DNA from: an uncultured Clostridia bacterium
GTDB lineage: Bacteria > Bacillota > Clostridia > TANB77 > CAG-508
Length of the DNA stretch: 64,000 nucleotides
Direction: 5' to 3'
NCBI GenBank assembly: GCA_948739805.1
Contig: CAPYID010000004.1
Span: 1,658 to 65,657, forward strand
Part shown: positions 42,361 to 52,237 of the stretch, piece by piece
Layout: each line of letters starts with the position of its first letter
Position numbering within the stretch: the stretch's first letter is position 1
Position numbers and translations under genes: made by a program
The notes under the pieces: generated by a model
Told to the model about the DNA's origin: nothing
The model's database searches: none
What the model saw: only the letters and a program-made list of their open reading frames with translations

Positions 42361-42420
42361 TTTATCTCCTTTTAAATTTGTGTTTATGGGGATGATTATA
42401 TGTTTTAAAGTTGTAGAAGA

Positions 42421-42565
42421 ACCCTCAGTCACTGCGTGACAGCTCCCTTAGATAAGGGAGCCAAGGTGGTAGAGCAGATTCTTGTCTCCCTTACTCAAGG
42501 GAGGTGGCAACTGAAGGCTGACAGAGGGTTTTAGAAGGCATAGAAGTGGATTATTCATCCCTACA
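42421..42565. other. GC-rich (~50%) structured element between the upstream terminator and spoIIIAA. It may be a ncRNA, a leader structure, or a repeat-derived element.
   Basis: Nested perfect hairpins ctccctta-ga-taagggag and ctccctt-actca-agggag lie inside an outer pairing aaccctcagtc...gacagagggtt. The segment ends with ...catccctacaaccccc. Confidence 0.3.
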
Positions 42566-42585
42566 ACCCCCAATTTATAAAATTA

Positions 42586-42642
42586 AAAATAAAAACCCAG
42601 CATATACATATTAATATGTATATGCTGGGTTTTTATTTTTAG
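42586..42642 (-). terminator. Bidirectional rho-independent terminator downstream of the radical-SAM gene
   Basis: 17-bp perfect stem cccagcatatacatatt/aatatgtatatgctggg with an A-tract and a T-tract on either side. Confidence 0.65.
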
Positions 42643-43547
42643 AACTCCCAATTTGGTACATATTCTTCTTCGTGTTCTCCTAATTCCTGAATATATCCAT
42701 TTTCTAAGTCTAATTTATATAAATAATTTTCTATCTCTTTATATTCTTCTTTTGTTAATTTTCTGTTTAAGTCGCTTTGCATTGCTTTATATGTTGGAAA
42801 GTATTGTGCCATTACACTTACATAAACTTTATTTCCTAAATTAGTTTTTATCCATTTTAAAATTCTTTTTGAGTTTTCTATATGATTTGGAAGTACTAAA
42901 TGTCTTATTATAATCCCCTTTTTTATTATTCCTTTTTCATCTATCTTTGGACTTCCAACTTGTTTATACATCTCTTTTATGGCTTTTGTTGCTATTTCAA
43001 AATAATTTTTTACTTTTGAGTATTTTTCTCCTAGTTCATTATAATAATATTTTAAATCTGGTAAGTATATATCTATATATCCTTCTAATCTTTTTATGGT
43101 TTCTATATTTTCATACCCATTTGAGTTATATATTATTGGTATATTTAATCCCTTTTCCTTTGCAATTTTTATTGCTTCTATTATTTGATATGTATAGATT
43201 GTAGGCGATACTAAGTTTATATTATTTGCTCCATTTTCTTGTTGCTTTATAAATATATTTGCTAATTCCTCGATTGTTATCTCTTTGCCTCTTCCCTTTT
43301 GACTTATTTCATAGTTTTGACAAAATATACAGTTTAAATTGCAATTAGAAAAAAATACTGTTCCTGAGCCATTTTCTCCACTAATACATGGTTCTTCAAA
43401 TTTATGTAATGAATATAAAGCAATTTTGATTTTAGCTGTTCCATTGCATCTTCCTACTTTCTCTTTTCTATTAATATTACATTTATGTGGACATGTATTA
43501 CAATTTTCTAGTTCTTTTAACATTTCTAGTATATTATCCTTTCTCAA
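42639..43547 (-). CDS. Radical SAM protein (PflA/activating-enzyme-like) with an extra N-terminal Cys cluster
   Basis: 302 aa. CNLNCIFCQN (a CxxxCxxC motif) plus an N-terminal CNTCPHKCN...C cluster. Confidence 0.65.
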   Translation of the reverse strand: MRKDNILEMLKELENCNTCPHKCNINRKEKVGRCNGTAKIKIALYSLHKFEEPCISGENGSGTVFFSNCNLNCIFCQNYEISQKGRGKEITIEELANIFIKQQENGANNINLVSPTIYTYQIIEAIKIAKEKGLNIPIIYNSNGYENIETIKRLEGYIDIYLPDLKYYYNELGEKYSKVKNYFEIATKAIKEMYKQVGSPKIDEKGIIKKGIIIRHLVLPNHIENSKRILKWIKTNLGNKVYVSVMAQYFPTYKAMQSDLNRKLTKEEYKEIENYLYKLDLENGYIQELGEHEEEYVPNWEF

Positions 43548-43582
43548 TCTTTTATTTCGAAAAATTTTATTATTCCATAACA

Positions 43583-43606
43583 GACGTGCAATGCACGCCC
43601 CTACAT
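43583..43606 (+). repeat. REP-like element, type 3, copy f (gacgtgcaatgcacgcccctacat)
   Basis: Stem cgtgca/tgcacg plus CGCCCCTACAT. It lies between the radical-SAM gene and rpsR. Confidence 0.65.
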
Positions 43607-43681
43607 ATTGTCTAATATCTAACTTCTAATCTCTAAATTTCTAAAAAATATCCCCAAATTAATTTGGGGATATTTTTTCTA

Positions 43682-43960
43682 TTAATTTTGTGAATAAGGT
43701 AATAATGCTATTTGTCTGCATCTCTTTACTGCTAATGTTATGTCTCTTTGATGTTTTGCACAAGCACCTGTAGCTCTTCTTGGTAGTATTTTTCCTTTTT
43801 CATTTATGAATTTCTTTAATTGCTCTGGATTTTTATAATCTAAAACAAAGTTTTTATCACTACAAAGTACACATACTTTTTTTCTCATCCTTTTAAATTT
43901 AGGATTGAAGTCTTCATCATTGTTGTTATTATTTTTTCTATTATTTTTTTTGTCTGCCAT
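43682..43960 (-). CDS. rpsR: 30S ribosomal protein S18 with an Asn-rich N-terminal extension
   Basis: [33 protein letters not shown]. Confidence 0.9.
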   Translation of the reverse strand: MADKKNNRKNNNNNDEDFNPKFKRMRKKVCVLCSDKNFVLDYKNPEQLKKFINEKGKILPRRATGACAKHQRDITLAVKRCRQIALLPYSQN

Positions 43961-43983
43961 TGTTCTTTCCCCCTATCTAATTC

Positions 43984-44415
43984 TTAAAATGGTAAATCAT
44001 CACTAGGTGTAACTTCAAAATCTGGATTTGGATTTGGGTTTGTAGCAGTGTTTCCAAATGTATCTTCAAAGTTTGAAGAAGTTCCTTCTGAATCTCTCTT
44101 TCCATCTGCAAAGTATGCTTCTTCTGCAACAACCTCAGTAACATAGTGTTTTTGACCTTGCTCATCATCCCATGTTCTTGTTTGTATTCTTCCTATAATT
44201 CCTACTTGTTGACCTTTTTTGAAATATTTACTACAAAATTCTGCGAGTTTACTCCATGCAACAATATTTATAAAGTCTGCTTGTCTTTCTTCTCCTTGTC
44301 TTACAAATCTTCTATTTATTGCTAGACTAAAACTTGCTACCATTGTATTGTTTGTTTGTGTATATCTTACCTCTGGATCTCTTGTTAATCTTCCCATTAA
44401 AATTACTTTGTTCAT
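43984..44415 (-). CDS. ssb: Single-stranded DNA-binding protein
   Basis: 143 aa. OB fold (MNKVILMGRLTRDPEVRYT) and the acidic tail ...DDLPF. Confidence 0.9.
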   Translation of the reverse strand: MNKVILMGRLTRDPEVRYTQTNNTMVASFSLAINRRFVRQGEERQADFINIVAWSKLAEFCSKYFKKGQQVGIIGRIQTRTWDDEQGQKHYVTEVVAEEAYFADGKRDSEGTSSNFEDTFGNTATNPNPNPDFEVTPSDDLPF

Positions 44416-44463
44416 ATTTAATTCCCTCTTTCTATCTCAGTTTTGGCTCCCTAGTTTTTATTT

Positions 44464-44748
44464 TTAATCTTCTAATTTTACAGTTATAAATTTTATAACT
44501 TCGTCTGTTATTCTGTAGTTTCTTTCTAATTCTGCTATTAGTTCTGGTTTTGCTTCGAAATTAAATACTACATAGTAACCTTCTGTGTTCTTTTTTACTT
44601 CATAGGCTAATTTTTTTCTTCCTACTTCTTGAACGTTTTCAACTTTTCCATCAGTATTAATCAAGTCTGTAAACCTAGCTATAAGAGATTTGATTCCCTC
44701 TTCTGTTACATCTTGACCAATAATGATAACACTTTCGTATTTATTCAT
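44464..44748 (-). CDS. rpsF: 30S ribosomal protein S6
   Basis: 94 aa. MNKYESVIII... Confidence 0.9.
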   Translation of the reverse strand: MNKYESVIIIGQDVTEEGIKSLIARFTDLINTDGKVENVQEVGRKKLAYEVKKNTEGYYVVFNFEAKPELIAELERNYRITDEVIKFITVKLED

Positions 44749-44891
44749 TATTTTTCACCTCCTTTTGGATATATATCCCATAATCTTGTTATGAGAAAGG
44801 ATGAAAAAAGTTTTTTCTCTTTTCAAACATTGCTTATTCTACCATATTTTACATATATTTTCAAGTGGTTTTTAGAAAATATTTTTTATTG

Positions 44892-46145
44892 TTATGTTAA
44901 CAGCCAATCTATCGCATTTATCTTTTTTATTCCATCATAGTCTACTTCTAAATCATCGTCTAATGTTATTATATATTTTGGGTAATTGTCGTTTATTTTT
45001 TTTAGTGGTGCTAACTCTCTTTCTAATGTTTTTTCATCTCTTACTGAAAATGCTACTTGGTAATATTCTATTCCTTCAAAGTTTTGTGCTACAAAGTCTA
45101 TTTCTAATTCATCTAATTTACCTATATATACTTTATATCCTCTTCTTAGTAATTCAAGATATATTATATTTTCTAAAATATGCCCCATGTCTTGACCGGC
45201 TTTTTTTCCTAATAAATAATATCTTAATCCAAGGTCTACTGTATAGTATTTTTCTTGCGTTTTTAAATATTCTTTTCCTTTTATATCATATCTATTTGCT
45301 TTATATAAAATATAACTATCTACTAATGCTTCTACATAGTTTGCAACTGTATTGTATGATGTTTGTCTTGCCATTGATGTTAAAGTATCACTTATTTTTT
45401 TTATACTACAACTACTTCCTATGTTGTTGAATAAGTATTTTATTATACTTTCTAATATATTTTTGTCTGTAATACCTTTTCTTGATATTACATCTTTATA
45501 GATTACTGTATTAAAAATACCTTCTAAGTATAGATTTATATTTTCTGGATCTGCCTTATATAGTTCTATTGATTGAGGAAATGAACTGTATCTTAGATAG
45601 TCTCTGAATTTTCTTGATAAATCTGTTTTATTTTCAAAAGCAGATATATATTCTTTAAATGATAATGGTAACATTTTAATTTCTATATATCTTCCTGAAA
45701 GTAATGTTGCAAGTTCAGATGATAACATATATGCATTAGAACCTGTTATATATATGTCTACATTTTTATTAATAAATAAGCCGTCTACAGTTTTTTCAAA
45801 TTCTGTAACATTTTGTATTTCATCTAGGAATATATATGTCATTTTCTCTTTTATTATTCTTTCTCGTATATATTGATATAACTTTTTTCTATCTGTTAAA
45901 TCTTCGAAATTTGGGTCTTCAAAATTTATTGAAATTATTTGATTTTCTTCTACTCCATTTTCTTTCAAGTATTTTTGAAATAGTTCCATTAAAGTAGATT
46001 TTCCACATCTTCTTATTCCTGTTACTACTTTTATTATTTGCTTATCTTTAAAATTTTTTAATATTTTTAAATAATTATCTCTTTCTATCATAGATTTTTC
46101 CTCCGAATATGTTTTTATTATACTTCTTTTATATATTATAGTCAA
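44892..46145 (-). CDS. AAA-family ATPase with a DUF4143-like C-terminal domain
   Basis: 417 aa. P-loop GIRRCGKSTL near the N-terminus. Confidence 0.65.
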   Translation of the reverse strand: MTIIYKRSIIKTYSEEKSMIERDNYLKILKNFKDKQIIKVVTGIRRCGKSTLMELFQKYLKENGVEENQIISINFEDPNFEDLTDRKKLYQYIRERIIKEKMTYIFLDEIQNVTEFEKTVDGLFINKNVDIYITGSNAYMLSSELATLLSGRYIEIKMLPLSFKEYISAFENKTDLSRKFRDYLRYSSFPQSIELYKADPENINLYLEGIFNTVIYKDVISRKGITDKNILESIIKYLFNNIGSSCSIKKISDTLTSMARQTSYNTVANYVEALVDSYILYKANRYDIKGKEYLKTQEKYYTVDLGLRYYLLGKKAGQDMGHILENIIYLELLRRGYKVYIGKLDELEIDFVAQNFEGIEYYQVAFSVRDEKTLERELAPLKKINDNYPKYIITLDDDLEVDYDGIKKINAIDWLLT

Positions 46146-46272
46146 GTTTTTTCAAAATATTGAAAAAACTTTGCATTTTTGCAAAGTTTTTAACATTTCA
46201 TATTTTGTTACTTTTTATATAAATGTTAGCAATATATTTTTGATGAATATAAATGTTTGAATTCTTATTTTA

Positions 46273-46298
46273 CGGACGCCCAAAGGGCGCCCCTACAT
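46273..46298 (+). repeat. REP-like element, type 2, copy g (cggacgcccaaagggcgcccctacat)
   Basis: The core is identical to copy a. It lies between the DUF4143 ATPase and mutS. Confidence 0.7.
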
Positions 46299-46348
46299 GT
46301 ATTATTCAGCATTAATTATTCACTATTAATTATTCATTAAAATACATA

Positions 46349-49015
46349 TTATGATGCTTGTTCTTTTAATTTGACTAATATGTTTAGTGCCTCTATTGGT
46401 GTTAGTTCTTCTACATTTATCTTGTCTATTTCATGTGCTATTTCTGCTATTTTATAGTTGTACATACTTAATTGTCCTGCTAGTTCGTCCTTTTTCTCTT
46501 TCTCCATTTTCTTTTGCCCTAGCATACTTTTTCTTTCTAGGCTTTTTAATATTTCATTTGCATTTTTTAGTACTTCCTTTGGTACTCCAGCAAGTTTTGC
46601 TACGTGTATTCCATAACTTTCGTCTGTTCCACCTTCTACTATTTTTCTTAAAAATATGATGTCTTCTCCTTTTTCTTTTACTGCTATTGAATAGTTTTTT
46701 ACTCCTTCTTGCTCGTTTTCTAGTTCTATTAGTTCATGGTAATGTGTTGCAAATAGTGTTTTTGCTCCACATTTTTCTGTGTCTGATATGTATTTTGCTA
46801 CTGCCCAGGCTATTGATAATCCATCATATGTTGATGTTCCTCTTCCTATTTCATCTAGTATTATTAGGCTGTTACTTGTTGCATCTTTTAAGATATTTGC
46901 GACCTCCATCATTTCTACCATAAAGGTACTTTCTCCCATACTTAAGTCATCTGATGCTCCAACCCTTGTAAAGATTTTATCTACTACACCTATTGTAGCT
47001 TTGTCTGCTGGTACAAAGCTCCCTATTTGTGCCATTAAGGTTATTAGTGCTACTTGCCTCATGTATGTTGATTTTCCTGCCATATTAGGTCCTGTAATTA
47101 TTGATAGTCTATCACTTGTTTTGTTTAAATAAGTATCGTTTCCTATAAAACTTCCTCTTGGTAACATTTTTTCTATTACTGGATGTCTTCCATTATTTAT
47201 TATTATTTCTGTTTCATTATTTACTTCTGGCATTGTATAGTTCATGTCTTCTGCTACTGTTGCAAATGATGTTAACACATCTAATGTTGCAATTATATTG
47301 GCGGATTTTTGTATTCTGTCTATTTGCGATGCAATTTTATTCCTTACTTCTATAAATAAATTGTATTCTAATTCTACTAATTTTTCTTCTGCACCTAATA
47401 TGTCTTCTTCTAATTTTTTAAGTTCTTCTGTTATATATCTTTCTCCTGTTGATAATGTTTGTTTTCTTGTGTAATTTTCTGGTACTAAGTTTAAGTATGA
47501 TTTTGTAACTTCTATATAATATCCGAAAACTTTGTTATAACTAATTCTTAGATTTTTTATTCCTGTTTTTTCTCTTTCTTTTGCTTCTAATTCTACTAGC
47601 CATTTTTTTCCATTAGTAGTAGCTTCTTTATATCTATCTGCTTCTTCATTATAGCCATTTTTAATTATGTTTCCTTCTTTTATTACTATTGGTGGGTCTT
47701 CTACTATTGCTTTTTCTATTAATCCATGAATTTCTTTTACTTCATCTAAATTTTCATATAAATTTTTTAACATTGGAGATTTTGTTGTGCTTAATATTTG
47801 TTTTATTTCTGGTATTTTTCCTAAAGAGTTTTTTAATGATACCATGTCTCTTGCATTTGCATTTCCATATGAGATTTTTCCTACAAGTCTTTCTATGTCA
47901 TATACTTTTTTTAGGTTTTCTCCTATATCTGATTTTAGAATTAAGTCTTCTTTTAGTTCCTTTACTGCTTCAAGTCTATTATGTATTTCTTCTATATCTA
48001 TTAAAGGGTCATTTACCCATCTTCTTAAATGTCTTCCTCCCATTGATGTTAATGTTCTATCTAATACCCAAAGCAAAGTTCCTTTTTTGCTTTTGTCTTT
48101 CATTCTTTCTGTTATTTCTAAATTTCTTCTTGCTGTAATGTCTAGTGCCATATATCTTGTTGTGTTATAAATTTTGATTGTATTTATATTTTCTATTTCC
48201 ATTTTTTGCATTTGAGTTATGTATGATATTAATGCATTTACTGCTGATACTACTAATAATTTATCTTTAAATTCTGTTATTTCATTTTCTTTCATGTCTA
48301 ATATTTGATGTTTGTTTTTTATTTTTTCTATGTCTACATCAAAGTATGTTTCGTCATATTTTGATATATAACATTTTTCGAATCTCTGAGAAATCTTAGA
48401 CATTTCCTCCATTGTAGAACTCATTAATTCATTTGTTACTATTTCTACTGGTGAATATCTTGCTGTTTCATCTAATAATTTTGCAAAGTTGTTGGTTTCT
48501 TTTATTTGTGTAGCATAAAAGTCTCCTGTTGATATATCACATACTGCTAGCCCATAGAATAAACCTTGTTTATATATTGACATTATGTAGTTATTTTTCT
48601 TTTCGTCTAATACTGTTTCATCTAATACTGTTCCTGGAGTTACTATTTTTACTACTCCCCTTTTTACCATTCCTTTGGTGTTTTTAGGATCTTCTAATTG
48701 TTCACATATTGCGACTTTATATCCTTTTTCTATTAATTTTGCTATATATACATTTGCAGCATGATAAGGTATTCCACACATTGGTGCTCTTTCTTCCATT
48801 CCACATTCTTTTCCTGTTAATGTAAGTTCTAATTCTCTTGATACTTCTATTGCATCATCAAAGAACATTTCGTAAAAGTCTCCTAATCTATAAAATAATA
48901 TACAGTCTTTGTATTCTTCTTTCATATTTATATAATGTTGCATCATAGGTGAGTATTCTGCCATCTCTCTTTTCCCCCATTTCGAACTATTTCTACATAT
49001 TTTGTATTTTACCAT
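46349..49015 (-). CDS. mutS: DNA mismatch repair protein MutS
   Basis: 888 aa. Mismatch-binding N-terminus (GDFYEMFFDDA), and an ABC ATPase with GPNMAGKST and DEIGRGTSTYDG. Confidence 0.95.
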   Translation of the reverse strand: MVKYKICRNSSKWGKREMAEYSPMMQHYINMKEEYKDCILFYRLGDFYEMFFDDAIEVSRELELTLTGKECGMEERAPMCGIPYHAANVYIAKLIEKGYKVAICEQLEDPKNTKGMVKRGVVKIVTPGTVLDETVLDEKKNNYIMSIYKQGLFYGLAVCDISTGDFYATQIKETNNFAKLLDETARYSPVEIVTNELMSSTMEEMSKISQRFEKCYISKYDETYFDVDIEKIKNKHQILDMKENEITEFKDKLLVVSAVNALISYITQMQKMEIENINTIKIYNTTRYMALDITARRNLEITERMKDKSKKGTLLWVLDRTLTSMGGRHLRRWVNDPLIDIEEIHNRLEAVKELKEDLILKSDIGENLKKVYDIERLVGKISYGNANARDMVSLKNSLGKIPEIKQILSTTKSPMLKNLYENLDEVKEIHGLIEKAIVEDPPIVIKEGNIIKNGYNEEADRYKEATTNGKKWLVELEAKEREKTGIKNLRISYNKVFGYYIEVTKSYLNLVPENYTRKQTLSTGERYITEELKKLEEDILGAEEKLVELEYNLFIEVRNKIASQIDRIQKSANIIATLDVLTSFATVAEDMNYTMPEVNNETEIIINNGRHPVIEKMLPRGSFIGNDTYLNKTSDRLSIITGPNMAGKSTYMRQVALITLMAQIGSFVPADKATIGVVDKIFTRVGASDDLSMGESTFMVEMMEVANILKDATSNSLIILDEIGRGTSTYDGLSIAWAVAKYISDTEKCGAKTLFATHYHELIELENEQEGVKNYSIAVKEKGEDIIFLRKIVEGGTDESYGIHVAKLAGVPKEVLKNANEILKSLERKSMLGQKKMEKEKKDELAGQLSMYNYKIAEIAHEIDKINVEELTPIEALNILVKLKEQAS

Positions 49016-49260
49016 AGATATTTTTTAATTTCAAGTTGCATTTTGTGCAACTATTTTGTGCCGATATTTTATGACACTATTATGTGCTACTAGAAGAAAT
49101 AAGAAAATTCAAAGATTTCTTTTTAATTTGTTCTCGCCCTCCCAAAGTTTTCGAATGTAAGTGGAAAATTTCAAGGGCTAGATATTTTGTATATTTTTAT
49201 TGCAAAAAAGTCGAATGTATTTTTATAAGTTTTAATATTCATTTTAAATTACTCCTATTT

Positions 49261-50496
49261 TTATATTAGAAGTCCTGCTTCCTGTCTTGCAAATTCTAAC
49301 TTTTCTAATCCATTTTGAACATATTTATTTTTCATCATGTATTTCCAAATTGTACCATTTAAGTAGTTTTCTATCATTACTAGTTCTATTCCTTTATCTA
49401 TTCCTATGTATTCTTTTGCAAACCATGGCTTTTCTTTTTCTAAGTTATATCCATCTTTAAATCCATATTTTCCCCATAGTTTAGGAAATGTATTATAATA
49501 ATATTCCATCGCTTTTATACTTTCTTCTGGAGTAAATACTATTGAACCTATTGCTCCACATGGAGTTATTGTTCCATCGTTTTCTATTTTTAGGTTAACA
49601 TCACAGGGTTTTGCACCAAAACTGCAGTATCCTTTTGGTCCAAGGCATGCTGTTAGTCCCCATGAGTTTTCTCCATATGTTTTAAATTTTCTTTTATTAT
49701 CTATACAGTACTTTCTATTAGCTTTTGTTGCTTTTATTGAGTTTTCAAACCAATCTATCAAGTCTTTGTCTTTTATATTTCTAAAATCTATCCATGCATG
49801 AGAAAACTGATATGTAAATAATGTTCCACAATGTGTATATATTATGTCTTCTATATCTTTATAGTTTGCTCTTTTTCTTTTAAAATCATTATACATACTT
49901 TTATCAATGGGAAATGTATCTGAACTTACTCCTAAAACATATAACATTAGTTGTTCTGCATACATATCCCAATGTCCCCAAAATCCCTTTTCTGGAGTAT
50001 ATCCCATATAAAAATAATTGGTTTCTTTATTTCTATACCATTCCCAGTTTACTCTTTTATATAAATTTTCTGCTTTTTCCTTTATTTGTTTTCCAAAGTA
50101 TTCCCCTGCTGTTAATGCTCCACATATAAAAATTGCTGTATCTATTATGGAAATTTCACAATTCCATTCCCTTTTACCTGTTTCCATGTTTACAAAATGA
50201 TAATAGAATCCATTTTTTCCTTCTAGATTATTTATAAAAGTGTCTAAAGTTCTATTTGCTCTATCATATGCTTTTTCATATTTTATCCATTTATGCTTTA
50301 CTCCAACGATTAATGCTGCTAATCCATATCCTACTGAAGCTATACTTGCTACATGGTTTGCTATTATTGTTTTATCTCTCGTTAATCCATATCCTTTGCT
50401 ATTTTTATTAGTATTTGTTTCATTAATAAAAAAATCAAAGCTTTTCTTAAGTTCTTTTAATATAAGTTTTTCTCCATAACATTTAACAAATCTCAT
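49261..50496 (-). CDS. Putative glucoamylase-family (six-hairpin glycosidase-like) protein
   Basis: 411 aa. I judged the family by overall resemblance to Glycoamylase-type (PF10091-like) proteins, with no motif-level confirmation. Confidence 0.4.
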   Translation of the reverse strand: MRFVKCYGEKLILKELKKSFDFFINETNTNKNSKGYGLTRDKTIIANHVASIASVGYGLAALIVGVKHKWIKYEKAYDRANRTLDTFINNLEGKNGFYYHFVNMETGKREWNCEISIIDTAIFICGALTAGEYFGKQIKEKAENLYKRVNWEWYRNKETNYFYMGYTPEKGFWGHWDMYAEQLMLYVLGVSSDTFPIDKSMYNDFKRKRANYKDIEDIIYTHCGTLFTYQFSHAWIDFRNIKDKDLIDWFENSIKATKANRKYCIDNKRKFKTYGENSWGLTACLGPKGYCSFGAKPCDVNLKIENDGTITPCGAIGSIVFTPEESIKAMEYYYNTFPKLWGKYGFKDGYNLEKEKPWFAKEYIGIDKGIELVMIENYLNGTIWKYMMKNKYVQNGLEKLEFARQEAGLLI

Positions 50497-50677
50497 ATAT
50501 ACAACACCTACTTACCAATATTATATAATAATAGTATCTATGTAGCAATGTTAGTTTATGGAAATTATTTTTTTCTTATTTTTTCTTCTTTTGTAATATT
50601 TCTTGTTTTTACCTAATATACATTAACAAATGAAGTTTATAGTACAAACATTTTGTATATAGTTTATGGAGGTTAAT

Positions 50678-52156
50678 ATGGAAAATTCAAATTTATATCA
50701 GGATATACAATCTAGAACTGATGGAGACATTTATGTAGGCGTTGTAGGTCCTGTTCGAACTGGTAAATCAACTTTTATAAAACGTTTTATGGATTTATTG
50801 GTTATTCCAAATATTGAAAATGAATATAAGAAAGAAAGGGCTAAAGATGAGTTACCTCAAAGCGCAGGCGGTAGAACTATTATGACTACAGAGCCAAAGT
50901 TTGTTCCTAATGAGGCTGTTCAAATTAATCTTGGTGATAATTTAAAATTTAAGGCTAGACTTGTTGATTGTGTTGGATATCTTGTTAATAATGCTATTGG
51001 ATATTTAGAAGATGATGTTCCTAGAATGGTAAAAACTCCTTGGTCTGATGAGGAAATTCCTTTCGAAAGAGCAGCTGAAATAGGTACTAAAAAGGTAATT
51101 GATGAACATTCTACTATTGGAATTTTAATTACTACTGATGGAAGTTTTTCTGATATCCCTAGGGAAGATTACATAGAAGCTGAGGAACGTGTTGTAAATG
51201 AATTAAAGGCTTTAAATAAACCTTTTGTGATAGTTCTAAATAGTGCTGAACCTTCTTCTGAGTATACTGCTCAACTTGCAGAGAAACTTGAAGAGAAATA
51301 TGGTGTTTCTGTATTACCTCTTAATTGCTCAGAATTAGATATTGAAGATATTAATAATATGTTTAGTAAAATTCTTTATGAATTCCCTATTGAACAGATT
51401 AATTTAAAACTTCCAAAATGGGTTAATACTCTTGACGATTCACATTGGTTAAAACAATCACTTTATTCTGATATCAAAACTTCTTTTAGTAATATTCGTG
51501 TTCTTAAAGAGGTAAAGCCTTGTGTTGATAATATTAGTTCTACAGATGTAATAAGTAATAGTGTATTACAAGAGATTAATCTTGGTAATGGTAATATAAA
51601 TATTTCTATTGAATTAAAAGATAATTTATTTTATCAAATTTTAAGTGATATGACAGGTGTGTCTATATCTGATGAAGGTGATCTGTTTTCAGTTCTTACT
51701 TCTTTTGCTCAGACTAAGAAAGAATATGATAAGATATCATATGCATTAGAGTCTGCAAAAGCTACAGGATATGGTATTGTAACACCTGGAATGGAAGATT
51801 TAATTTTAGATGAACCAGAAATGGTAAAACAAGGTTCTAAATTTGGTGTAAAATTAAAAGCTACTGCTCCGAGTCTGCATATTGTAAAGGCCAATATAGA
51901 GACTGAGGTTTCCCCTATTGTAGGTTCCGAAAAGCAATCAGAAGAATTAGTTAATTACCTACTTTCAGAATTTGAAAGTGATCCTCAAAAAATTTGGGAA
52001 TCTAATATTTTCGGAAAAAATTTGCATGAACTTGTAAATGAAGGTTTACAAAATAAATTGTCTCGAATGCCAGAAGATGCTCAAGGAAAATTACAAGAGA
52101 CGCTAGAACGTATTGTGAATGAAGGTAGTGGAGGATTAATATGTATTATATTATAA
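50678..52156 (+). CDS. spoIVA: Stage IV sporulation protein A (spore coat morphogenetic ATPase)
   Basis: MENSNLYQDIQSRTDGDIYVGVVGPVRTGKSTFIKRFMD (Walker A). About 492 aa. The start could be 50666 or 50678. Confidence 0.9.
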   Translation: MENSNLYQDIQSRTDGDIYVGVVGPVRTGKSTFIKRFMDLLVIPNIENEYKKERAKDELPQSAGGRTIMTTEPKFVPNEAVQINLGDNLKFKARLVDCVGYLVNNAIGYLEDDVPRMVKTPWSDEEIPFERAAEIGTKKVIDEHSTIGILITTDGSFSDIPREDYIEAEERVVNELKALNKPFVIVLNSAEPSSEYTAQLAEKLEEKYGVSVLPLNCSELDIEDINNMFSKILYEFPIEQINLKLPKWVNTLDDSHWLKQSLYSDIKTSFSNIRVLKEVKPCVDNISSTDVISNSVLQEINLGNGNINISIELKDNLFYQILSDMTGVSISDEGDLFSVLTSFAQTKKEYDKISYALESAKATGYGIVTPGMEDLILDEPEMVKQGSKFGVKLKATAPSLHIVKANIETEVSPIVGSEKQSEELVNYLLSEFESDPQKIWESNIFGKNLHELVNEGLQNKLSRMPEDAQGKLQETLERIVNEGSGGLICIIL

Positions 52157-52159
52157 AAA

Positions 52160-52196
52160 TGGGGCATTTCATGCCCCAAATTTTTTTATAATTATA
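52160..52196. terminator. Bidirectional terminator between the convergent spoIVA and collagen-like genes
   Basis: ggggcat-ttc-atgcccc, with an A-tract and a T-tract on either side. Confidence 0.6.
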
Positions 52197-52237
52197 AATA
52201 TCACTCAGAATAACTGGGGAATATTTATCAAATCTTT

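Noticed and set aside
42361-42432. The N-terminal 24-aa extension of spoIIIAA (MTEGSSTTLKHIIIPINTNLKGDK)
   Set aside because: It runs into the GC-rich noncoding element. A strong RBS precedes the internal MEILKYFP start, and the conserved protein begins there.
42421-42565. tRNA, tmRNA or SRP-RNA identity for the GC-rich element (it contains a GGTAGAGCA-like D-loop string and a GCCAAGG string)
   Set aside because: It has no cloverleaf with a matching D-stem, no acceptor stem with CCA, and no domain-IV GNRA context. It is too short for tmRNA or RNase P.
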